Shown piece by piece: positions 1-6,580 of a stretch of DNA of 42,481 bases (positions within the stretch are counted from its first letter, which is position 1; every line of letters starts with the position of its first letter). Below the pieces are notes generated by a model. It worked only from the letters and a program-made list of their open reading frames with translations, made no database searches and had not been told where the DNA came from. This stretch comes from a virus (Duplodnaviria > Caudoviricetes), in IMG/VR virus record IMGVR_UViG_3300017655_000010, positions 1 through 42,481 of that record; one strand, given 5' to 3'. Both the position numbers and the translations under genes were made by a program.

Positions 1-65
1 CTGAACCGGCGGCGGCTTTGGCCGCGTAGCGCATCAAGCCTTCCCGGCGCTAAGCCGGGTGGCGC

Positions 66-123
66 TGGTGCGGACGGCGGGTCTCGAACCCGCACTCCCC
101 GAGGGGAAGCAGATTTTAAGTCT
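66..123 (-). pseudogene. 3' half of disrupted host tRNA-Leu(UAA) (anticodon arm to CCA)
   Basis: Minus strand reads AGACTTAAAATCTGC-TTCCCCTCGGGGAGT-GCGGGTTCGAGACCCGC-CGTCCGC-ACCA. The acceptor strand CGTCCGC pairs with GCGGACG at 42390-42396. Confidence 0.93.
114..123. repeat. att core (left junction) TTTTAAGTCT
   Basis: Identical 10-mer at 42359-42368; covers the 7-nt anticodon loop. Confidence 0.93.
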
Positions 124-134
124 CTTGGTGGGTC

Positions 135-219
135 TGCCGGGAGCGGGACTTGAACCCGCAAGCCTTTGATAAGGCGGGGCATTTTAAGTGCCATGTGTCT
201 ACCGTTCCACCATCCCGGC
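135..219 (-). tRNA. Phage-encoded tRNA-Leu(UAA), no encoded CCA
   Basis: GCCGGGA...TCCCGGC-A acceptor stem, D-arm TGGTGGAACGGTAGACAC, anticodon loop CT-TAA-AA (anticodon 186-184), long variable arm GCCTT-ATCA-AAGGC, T-arm GCGGG-TTCAAGT-CCCGC. Confidence 0.9.
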
Positions 220-225
220 ATGAGA

Positions 226-256
226 TGTGACAGGCCCCGTGTCACACGTTGTCACG
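226..256. repeat. TGTGAC/GTCACA motifs, putative integrase arm or accessory-protein sites (left)
   Basis: TGTGAC 226, GTCACA 241, GTCACG 251; the same hexamer is clustered at 42137-42280. Confidence 0.55.
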
Positions 257-315
257 GGGCCTTGGTAGGAAGTCGCAAGAGATTTACGGGGTAGTTGAGG
301 TGCAGGCAACTGCAC

Positions 316-1347
316 CTAATCGGCTGCCCCCATGTTCAGCGCGTCCGCCGCTCCCCGCAGATTGTGCGGCGCGAGGTGGGCGTAGCGCATCGTCATCTGC
401 ACCGTCTGGTGGCCCAGCCACTCCTTGACCACCGGCAGGGCCACGCCCCGCTGCACGAGGCGGCTCGCGCATGTGTGGCGGCAGATGTATGGGACGAAGT
501 TAGGGTCGCCCATGAGGCCCATGTGCGCCCGCGCCCGGTCCCAGGCAGCCCGCAGCCACCAGTTGTCGTAGGGGAACAGAGGCGCCCCAGGTGCAGTAGA
601 CTGCACTCGTCGCGACACGATCTCCTTCACCCGCTTGGTCATGTAGACCGTGCGGGGCTTGTCGGTCTTGGTCTGCCAGACCGTGATGGTCCCCTCGCGG
701 AGGTTCACGTCGGCCTTCTTCAACCCGTAAAGCTCGGAGTTGCGGAGGCCCGTGTCGATCAGACATTCGACCACCTCGGCGGCGTCGTCCTTGCCCCACT
801 GGCGGAACAGCGCCAGGAGGACAGTCTCCTCCTCGCCGGTCAGCCACCGGATGCGGCCCACGGGCACCTTCTCGCGCTCGATGCGGGGCATCTCCAGGTT
901 GCCTCCTCGGGCCTTCGCGAAGCGCAGCACCTTGGACAGCATCGCCAGCCGCCCGTTGATCGTGGAGCTGGCCTTACCCTCGGAGCGGAGGCGCTCGACG
1001 TAGCCGTCCAGGAACCCGCTGTCGATGTGGTGCAGGGGCATGTCGTCCCCCACGTCCGCACGAACGCGGGCCATGAGCTGCCACGTTTTCAGCTCCCACT
1101 TGGTCCCCTTGTAGTACCGCTGGAAGGCGCGGTCGCAGGCGTCCCCGAACGTCGCCGGGGCGTCTCCTCCGGGTTTGCGCCCAGGCGTGGGACCGTTGGG
1201 CGATGAAAAAGCCCGCTCCTTGGCGGGCGCCTTCATCTCCTGTTCCCAGGCTTTCGCCGCTTCCTCCGAGGTGAAGTCGCGACGTTTGCGCTTGCCGTTC
1301 ACGAACACGTCGGCCTGCCACGAGGCCCCGCGTTGACGGATCGCCAT
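316..1347 (-). CDS. int: Tyrosine recombinase / phage integrase
   Basis: N-terminal arm-binding-like region, TGLRNSEL (Arg), TKT (Lys), YICRHTCASRL, WLGH...TMRYAHL (His, Tyr); lies next to att. Confidence 0.95.
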   Translation of the reverse strand: MAIRQRGASWQADVFVNGKRKRRDFTSEEAAKAWEQEMKAPAKERAFSSPNGPTPGRKPGGDAPATFGDACDRAFQRYYKGTKWELKTWQLMARVRADVGDDMPLHHIDSGFLDGYVERLRSEGKASSTINGRLAMLSKVLRFAKARGGNLEMPRIEREKVPVGRIRWLTGEEETVLLALFRQWGKDDAAEVVECLIDTGLRNSELYGLKKADVNLREGTITVWQTKTDKPRTVYMTKRVKEIVSRRVQSTAPGAPLFPYDNWWLRAAWDRARAHMGLMGDPNFVPYICRHTCASRLVQRGVALPVVKEWLGHQTVQMTMRYAHLAPHNLRGAADALNMGAAD

Positions 1348-1689
1348 TTACCCCTCCACGAGGTGAACCAACGAGTTGACGAAGCGGCGCCCTTTCGCCG
1401 TCAGGAAGGCGCACCTCTCGCGGGCGTCCACCTGACCGGGCCGAACCTCGATCAGCTCGTAGCCGGGCTTGCCCACCGGCCAGCCCTTGTCGGATAGCTT
1501 TGCGAACGCCCGCTCGGCAGAGCTTTTGCCCATGCCCAGGGTGGCGGCCACCTTCTGCTGTGTGATGCCCTCCTCCCGTGCGATCAGGAGGAGAGCGGCG
1601 GCATGTTGAACAGGAAGCTCTTGGTCGAGCTTACGCAGCTCCTCGACGAACAGGAACGCCCTCGTCAGAGGGTTTCGGGTGGTCGGCAT
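1348..1689 (-). CDS. MarR-type winged-helix regulator, candidate prophage repressor
   Basis: EGITQQKVAATLGMGKSSAERAFAKL helix-turn-helix and DARERCAFLTAKG wing motif; abuts the integrase. Confidence 0.85.
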   Translation of the reverse strand: MPTTRNPLTRAFLFVEELRKLDQELPVQHAAALLLIAREEGITQQKVAATLGMGKSSAERAFAKLSDKGWPVGKPGYELIEVRPGQVDARERCAFLTAKGRRFVNSLVHLVEG

Positions 1690-1900
1690 TGGTGCCCCTT
1701 GGGTTACGTAGCAGCCCCGCCCCGATAAGGTCGATCACCTCCGCTCCACAAGTGCAGTCTGACTGCACCGGAGCCCAAGACGCGATCACAGTCCAGCCAA
1801 GGAGGTTCACCTCCACGGAGCCGGGCTCACGGATGATTGCGAATTTCGGGTCGTTTGGGTAGCCACGGTTAAGGTACAGGTCCAGGCCGCAAATATTCAT
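1631..1900 (-). CDS. Hypothetical protein (overlaps MarR start)
   Basis: 89-aa ORF with AGGA upstream of the ATG; no recognisable family. Confidence 0.35.
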   Translation of the reverse strand: MNICGLDLYLNRGYPNDPKFAIIREPGSVEVNLLGWTVIASWAPVQSDCTCGAEVIDLIGAGLLRNPRGTNADHPKPSDEGVPVRRGAA

Positions 1901-1991
1901 GTCACGTCATCCTGACGGTAAGCACTACCCGTTGGTCACGGTTTGGTAGCTATACGTTCTATTTCTTAACGGCCTCTTGACGGTGCGTGTT

Positions 1992-2087
1992 CTACGCCTT
2001 GCCCAGGTATGCAAAAAGCAGCCACAGGTAGGCGCCGAAACCAACGACGCCCACCACCGTCTCCACAATCCAACGACGCCAGCTCAC
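1992..2087 (-). CDS. Small membrane peptide (31 aa)
   Basis: GTG start overlaps the upstream TGA (GTGA); reads VSWRRWIVETVVGVVGFGAYLWLLFAYLGKA. Confidence 0.5.
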   Translation of the reverse strand: MSWRRWIVETVVGVVGFGAYLWLLFAYLGKA

Positions 2088-2350
2088 GCCGACTTCCGCA
2101 GGCGGTTGAGCGGCTCGTGCTGGCACAGCTCCGAGACAAGCCCGTCGTAGAGCGTGCGGCGCCCATAGATCGGATCACCGTGTGGCGAGGTCGTGATCTC
2201 CACGAAGTCCTGCTCGTCCTTCCGATACAGCCTGACGCTCACGCGCCCGTCGTAGGACATCACCTCGGCCACCAAGCCAGACTTCTTGGAGCCGCAGCGG
2301 GACGCGACGGTGCCGCTACGGCCCCGGATGTCCCCATAGAAATGCGCCAT
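2084..2350 (-). CDS. Hypothetical early protein
   Basis: 88-aa ORF with AAGGG RBS; co-oriented with the early operon. Confidence 0.75.
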   Translation of the reverse strand: MAHFYGDIRGRSGTVASRCGSKKSGLVAEVMSYDGRVSVRLYRKDEQDFVEITTSPHGDPIYGRRTLYDGLVSELCQHEPLNRLRKSA

Positions 2351-2409
2351 TCGCTACACCCTTTCGCATGTGTTAGCGGCCCCTCCCAGAGGTGGGAGGA
2401 GGCGGACGT

Positions 2410-2480
2410 ACCGCGACCGCAGGTGCAGTCGGCTGCACCTTTGGTTTCGGCCCCTCGTCAGGGGGCCATCGTCAGGCGGC
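2410..2480 (-). ncRNA. Hammerhead ribozyme HHR-1 (type I; extra U after A9)
   Basis: GCCGC-CUGACGA-U-GGCCCC(CUGACGA)GGGGCC-GAAA-CC..AGGUGCAG-CCGA-CUGCACCU..GG-UC/GCGGU; predicted cut between 2415 and 2414. Confidence 0.8.
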
Positions 2481-2481
2481 G

Positions 2482-3294
2482 TTACGAGATCGGGTCAGTG
2501 ATGACCGGCGTTCCGTCCTTGCGGAACATGAAGTTACCCATGTGCATGTCGGGCCACGCGGAGTGCCAGGGCACAGTCTCCGCCGTGCGGTTCTCGGGAG
2601 GCTCCGCATGGATGCGCTTGCGGATGTCCCGCACAAGGCTGGTCAGCTCCGGGAACATGATGACCTCGTGGTACTCCTCGTAGCGTTCGGCCTCGAAGTT
2701 GTACCGCTGCGACCACCCCTCGATGGCCTGCTCCGTCAGGGTCGCAAGCATACGCTCGCGCGTCCCACGCAGCTCCGCCTTCCACTGGTAGACGCAAGCC
2801 TCCAGGCGCTCCATCAGGGCCGCGCAACGCCCCGTGTCGTCCACGAGGAGCATCTTGATGCGCGGGACGTGCGGCCCCGTGTAGGTGCCAGACACCACGG
2901 CATGAGCCCAGATTTTATACTTGTCGTCAGACTTGGCGGACACCTTCCACACCAGGTTTCCCTTGCCCCAGGCAACCCCGAAGGCGCCATCCCCCAGCCG
3001 CTTCCAGCCCTTGGCGCGAAGGCGCCGCGTCAGGGCGTCCATGTCGGCCACCCGCACGACGCGCTCACCGTCGCACCACGCATCTCCAGCGCGGCACAGC
3101 CGCTCCTCCCGGCTCAGGGTGGAGGGCGTGACGCCAGAGTTACGTGTGCGGGGCGTGGTCGGTTCGATTGCCACCGCGCCAGCCGCGCGTACCGCGTCCC
3201 CGAACTCCCGAGGGGCGGCGTTCTCCTTCCGCACCAGGGCCGGGTCGATGCCCGGAAGCTGTGCCAGCGCCAGGAACGGATTAACACCCATCAT
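2482..3294 (-). CDS. T7 gp0.7-like Ser/Thr protein kinase
   Basis: LGDGAFG glycine loop, VWKV lysine, DMHMGNFMF catalytic loop and PVITDPIS, closely resembling the T7 gp0.7 kinase domain. Confidence 0.85.
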   Translation of the reverse strand: MMGVNPFLALAQLPGIDPALVRKENAAPREFGDAVRAAGAVAIEPTTPRTRNSGVTPSTLSREERLCRAGDAWCDGERVVRVADMDALTRRLRAKGWKRLGDGAFGVAWGKGNLVWKVSAKSDDKYKIWAHAVVSGTYTGPHVPRIKMLLVDDTGRCAALMERLEACVYQWKAELRGTRERMLATLTEQAIEGWSQRYNFEAERYEEYHEVIMFPELTSLVRDIRKRIHAEPPENRTAETVPWHSAWPDMHMGNFMFRKDGTPVITDPIS

Positions 3295-3356
3295 TCTACA
3301 CCTCTATCGCGTGCGTTTGCGGCGCTCCCACTCATGGGACCGCACGGGCGTTTTGA

Positions 3357-3420
3357 TCCCGCGACCATCGGTGCAGCGGACTGCACCTAGGTTTCGCCCT
3401 TACGGGCTCGTCAGGCGGAA
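3357..3420 (-). ncRNA. Hammerhead ribozyme HHR-2 (type I, canonical core)
   Basis: UUCCGC-CUGACGA-GCCC(GUAA)GGGC-GAAA-CC-UA-GGUGCAG(UCCG)CUGCACC-GAU-GG-UC/GCGGGA; predicted cut between 3363 and 3362. Confidence 0.9.
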
Positions 3421-3662
3421 AGAGTGCGGAGGCGGTAGCGCAGGGCGTCCACCTCCCGCTGCGCCCGCTCCCGGACGTGGGAGGGAAAGTTGAAACGCTT
3501 GGCCTCCGCGAGGCGGTCCACCCACAAGGCCAGCTTGGCGCTCACGCGGAGGGCCTCGCGGCGGGCTTGAGGCACCCCTAGCGGGCGGGCCTTGATGTCC
3601 CCGCCCACGTCAGTAAGGGCGCGGAACAAGTCCATCGCCCCCTTGAACTTCTTCCGGCTCAT
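3411..3662 (-). CDS. Hypothetical early protein (83 aa, start MSRKK)
   Basis: ATG overlaps the upstream stop (ATGA) and follows a GAGG RBS. Confidence 0.65.
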   Translation of the reverse strand: MSRKKFKGAMDLFRALTDVGGDIKARPLGVPQARREALRVSAKLALWVDRLAEAKRFNFPSHVRERAQREVDALRYRLRTLSA

Positions 3663-3874
3663 GCTGCCAGCCTCGCCTCGATGTCGGAGAGAACCCGGAA
3701 GGCGGCGCGGAAGGCGGCGTCTCCGGTGCAGTAGGTCGCGTCGCTCCACTCGGCCAGGATGCCGGGAGCCATCCACAGCCATCCCCGCCGGTTGCGGCAG
3801 AAGGCGACCGTGACGGTTCCGTAGTTGGAGTGTCGGTTGTCGCGTCCGATCAGGTCGTAGGGCTCGCGAACCAT
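3659..3874 (-). CDS. Hypothetical early protein (start MVREP)
   Basis: GAGGAGG RBS; translationally coupled to neighbours. Confidence 0.65.
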   Translation of the reverse strand: MVREPYDLIGRDNRHSNYGTVTVAFCRNRRGWLWMAPGILAEWSDATYCTGDAAFRAAFRVLSDIEARLAA

Positions 3875-3875
3875 G

Positions 3876-4133
3876 TCAGCCCTCCTCGATCTGCGCGGCG
3901 ATGACATGCTGCTTGGCGATGTAGATTGGCGTGCGGCAGCGGTCGTAGACCCACATGCCGTTGACCCTCTCGCCCAGAAGCTCGCCCATAATCAGGTCGC
4001 CCCTCGGCTGCCAGACAGCAACGTCGAGAACGCGCCCGCTCGTCAGTGTCAGGATCAGCGAGAAGCCCTCGCCGTCCTTGTGAGTGACTTCCTCGGCGTG
4101 GCGGATGGCCGCGCTGACGACATCGTGGCTCAT
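3876..4133 (-). CDS. Hypothetical early protein
   Basis: 85 aa, GGAGG RBS, tightly packed. Confidence 0.7.
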   Translation of the reverse strand: MSHDVVSAAIRHAEEVTHKDGEGFSLILTLTSGRVLDVAVWQPRGDLIMGELLGERVNGMWVYDRCRTPIYIAKQHVIAAQIEEG

Positions 4134-4136
4134 CTG

Positions 4137-4289
4137 TCAGCCCTCCACCGCGAAGCGGCAGCCGCCGACAAGGTTCATCAGCTCGCGGGCGGCCCGGACT
4201 GCGGCTCCGTAGGTGACGCAAGCGGCCAGGGTGGAGCGCAGAGCGCGGCCTCGGCGGTCATACGCAGTGATCCGGTAAAACGTAGGCAT
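4137..4289 (-). CDS. Hypothetical early protein (50 aa, start MPTFY)
   Basis: Preceded by the same AAGCAAGAGGATGCTTCAATG leader as the gene at 4824. Confidence 0.65.
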   Translation of the reverse strand: MPTFYRITAYDRRGRALRSTLAACVTYGAAVRAARELMNLVGGCRFAVEG

Positions 4290-4842
4290 TGAAGCATCCT
4301 CTTGCTTAGTCGCTTGGTGCAGTTGACTGCACCCAAAGGCACGGCCTTTGCCGTACCTGGAGCGATCCCATGGGTGGGACCGTCCAGGCGCGGGAAGGGT
4401 CGCGTTAGATGAAGGAGACGGCCACGGGCGACGAAACCGCCATGACCGCATCTTGCTTGAAGCGGCGCTTCCATTCCGCCGCAACGTTCCGCACCGCGTC
4501 AGCCTGCGCCGCGCTGTGCATCACCTCGACAATCAGCGAAGGCTCGCGGATCGGGCGCCCCGTGGCGCTATCCATCCACCCACCCTCGCCGTGCAGGACC
4601 GTGAAGCCGTCCGGGAAATGCTGCGCCACCACATCGGAAATGAAGCGGTCCACAGCGGCATCCCGGACGGTTGCCTGCCGCTCATCCACCGCGCCATCGG
4701 GGCGCCGCGCGACATGCTGGAGCGGGATGCGACGGCCCATGTAGAGGCGCGTCACCGTGTCCAGCGCGAAGGCGGGCGCCTCACCGATGGCGGGAGAGAC
4801 AAACGTGGCGTTGTCCAAAGGCATTGAAGCATCCTCTTGCTT
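4284..4842. repeat. 24-bp duplicated translation-initiation region (4284-4307 and 4819-4842)
   Basis: AGGCATTGAAGCATCCTCTTGCTT occurs twice and contains RBS plus ATG on the minus strand. Confidence 0.9.
4405..4824 (-). CDS. DUF3574-like protein, candidate SAM lyase (T3 gp0.3-like)
   Basis: FPDGFTVLHGEGGW...REPSLIVEV...WKRRFKQDAV pattern; 139 aa from MPLDN; early position. Confidence 0.65.
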   Translation of the reverse strand: MPLDNATFVSPAIGEAPAFALDTVTRLYMGRRIPLQHVARRPDGAVDERQATVRDAAVDRFISDVVAQHFPDGFTVLHGEGGWMDSATGRPIREPSLIVEVMHSAAQADAVRNVAAEWKRRFKQDAVMAVSSPVAVSFI

Positions 4843-4846
4843 GGTT

Positions 4847-4900
4847 GCGTTTCGCGCTTGCTCAAGGCGCTCATCAGTCGGCTTAGAGCTACCGAGACGC
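4847..4900 (-). ncRNA. Hammerhead ribozyme HHR-3 (type III)
   Basis: GCG-UC/UCGGU(AGCUCUAA)GCCGA-CUGAUGA-GCGC(CUUGAGCAA)GCGC-GAAA-CGC; predicted cut between 4896 and 4895. Confidence 0.88.
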
Positions 4901-4954
4901 GGGGCGCCGAAGGTGCAGTTGACTGCACCCTCGACACTCCCACCAATGGGACCG

Positions 4955-5731
4955 TTAGGCCAAACCGCAGGCCCGGACGAAAGCGTCGAAGTCCATACCG
5001 AACTTCTGCGCCATCTCCTCCAGGCGAGCCTTGGCCGCATCCCGCTCCCCTTGCGTGGCGCCCTTCTCATACAGGCCCCACACCTTCCGCGCCCTGTTCT
5101 TGGTCGCGCCGTCCACCGGCTTCGCGCCGCCCGGCTGCTCGGCCTTCTGTTCGGCCTTCGCGCCCGCCTTCTGGCCCTTCGCCTTGGCAAGCTCGGCCTC
5201 CAGCGCCCGGATGCGCTCCAGGGCCTCGGCCAGTTGCTCGCGGAGGATTTCCGCCTGAGACTTCTTCTTCGCCTTGGCGCTGGCGCCTTCGCCCTCGCCG
5301 CCTTCGCTGCCATCCTCGCCCTCGCCTTCCGGCGCGGGGTTGGTCGCCTTCTTCCACTCGTTGATGAACGCCAGGGCGCCATCCACCGAGTATTCCTTGC
5401 GACCAAGGAGACGGCCTTGCCCTTCCGCCCACTCCTTGGCGGCCAGGAAGTCATCCCAAGCGGCGGCCAGCTTCATCAGCCGCGCCCGCCACTCCTTGGA
5501 AAACTTAAAGTTGTCGTCGCACCACGCCCCGAAGGCGCCCTTTTGGCCGCTCAGGATTTCCTTAGCGTCCAAGAGGCTTGCACCCACGGAGCGGAAGGCG
5601 TGGAGAGTGTCCAGGCCCGCGCCGCTCGCCTTCGCCAGCCAGACATTCACCTCGGAAACGAGGTAGTCCAGCGCGGCGCCGCTGTTGCTGCCCGTGTTGG
5701 CGTTGGCGTCGGCGGTGTTGCAGTCAGTCAT
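4955..5731 (-). CDS. First early gene: DUF3102-like N-terminal domain, acidic linker/coiled coil, DUF2786-like C-terminus
   Basis: GASLLDAKEIL..GAFGAWCDDNFKFSKEWRARLMKLA pattern; C-terminal GATQGERDAAKARLEEMAQKFG. Confidence 0.65.
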   Translation of the reverse strand: MTDCNTADANANTGSNSGAALDYLVSEVNVWLAKASGAGLDTLHAFRSVGASLLDAKEILSGQKGAFGAWCDDNFKFSKEWRARLMKLAAAWDDFLAAKEWAEGQGRLLGRKEYSVDGALAFINEWKKATNPAPEGEGEDGSEGGEGEGASAKAKKKSQAEILREQLAEALERIRALEAELAKAKGQKAGAKAEQKAEQPGGAKPVDGATKNRARKVWGLYEKGATQGERDAAKARLEEMAQKFGMDFDAFVRACGLA

Positions 5732-5734
5732 TGT

Positions 5735-6027
5735 CTCAAACCCTCTCTAGCGTGGTCTTGCTGCCATGAGCGCCATTGCCCATGCCCGAGCCTTCCCATG
5801 TGTGGGACCGTTCGGGCATGAGCAACAGGCAGGCCCGAAGGCCCGCCCATTGTCATGTGCTAGAGGGTTGCTTAATGCGTGTCTCTGATCCGGCTCCGCA
5901 CCTAAGCGGATCACCTAAGCCGGGCATCCTCCGACTTGCGCTCAGGCCCCTTACTAGGCCCATGCCTCTATCCCGTCCGGGAGGCTTCCGGGTGGCGCCC
6001 GGTAGTGTGGGGCGCCTCGTTGTGTGA
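5735..6027 (-). other. Highly structured ~290-nt early 5' leader
   Basis: Serial hairpins including GGCGGGCC-UUCG-GGCCUGCC, a long stem at 5776-5825 capped by a family-B site, and an AACCCUCUAGC/GCUAGAGAGGGUU stem covering the RBS. Confidence 0.6.
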
Positions 6028-6032
6028 GAGGA

Positions 6033-6061
6033 GATTTAGTCCCACCAATGGGAGAATGCAA
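6033..6061 (-). promoter_or_regulatory. Host sigma70-type early promoter with a family-B operator in its spacer
   Basis: TTGCAT-N17-TAAATC with upstream A-tracts; the spacer contains TCCCATTGGTGGGA. Confidence 0.7.
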
Positions 6062-6245
6062 TAGGTTTTTTGCGTCCCATGACGACTTTTTTCGTGAGCC
6101 TTTGATTTCAACGGTTTAGCGGCCATCAGGGCGCCTCTTGGCGTGTCACATGGCAGCCTGATGCGCCCGCATATGGGAGCGATAGGGGCGCCGCATGGGC
6201 TGGCCGATAGGCTGGCCGCGTTGGTGCAGTTGACTGCACCTGTAG

Positions 6246-6268
6246 GGTGGACGGTAGGGCAACCTGAT
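6246..6268 (-). promoter_or_regulatory. Putative phage RNAP promoter (left-end, phiOL-like)
   Basis: ATCAGGTTGCCCTACCGTCC matches the repeated consensus ATTAGGTYGCSCTACC. Confidence 0.55.
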
Positions 6269-6580
6269 GGGAGGCCGGAGGCAAAACAACATCCCATGTC
6301 CAATGAAGGCATGGGACGCCAAGGGCAGCCAGCCTGCACCCATCAGGCCCCCCGATAGGCCCCCTCATGGGCAGATGTGACGGGCAACCGATCCTATATC
6401 TTCTGCGGAGGCCAACATTTTCAAGGGGTTAGCGGCCATCAGGCCCCCCATCAGGCCCCCTTGTGGCGCCACATGAGGCCCCCGCCGCGCCTCCCGGCTG
6501 GCCGACACCCCCACGGGGGGAAACCGCGCCCGGCCCGTTACGGGGTGGGCTCTGACAAATGTGCGCCTAAACGCCAGGTG

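Noticed and set aside
1655-1685. Fourth hammerhead (GAAAC...CUGACGAG)
   Set aside because: Only 3 nt separate the elements, so stems I and III cannot form; it is MarR coding sequence.
1950-2000. Alphaproteobacterial LexA box
   Set aside because: Only single GTTC half-sites; no GTTC-N7-GTTC.
5860-6027. Twister, pistol or c-di-GMP riboswitch in the early leader
   Set aside because: Fragments resemble these motifs, but I could not assemble the conserved cores.
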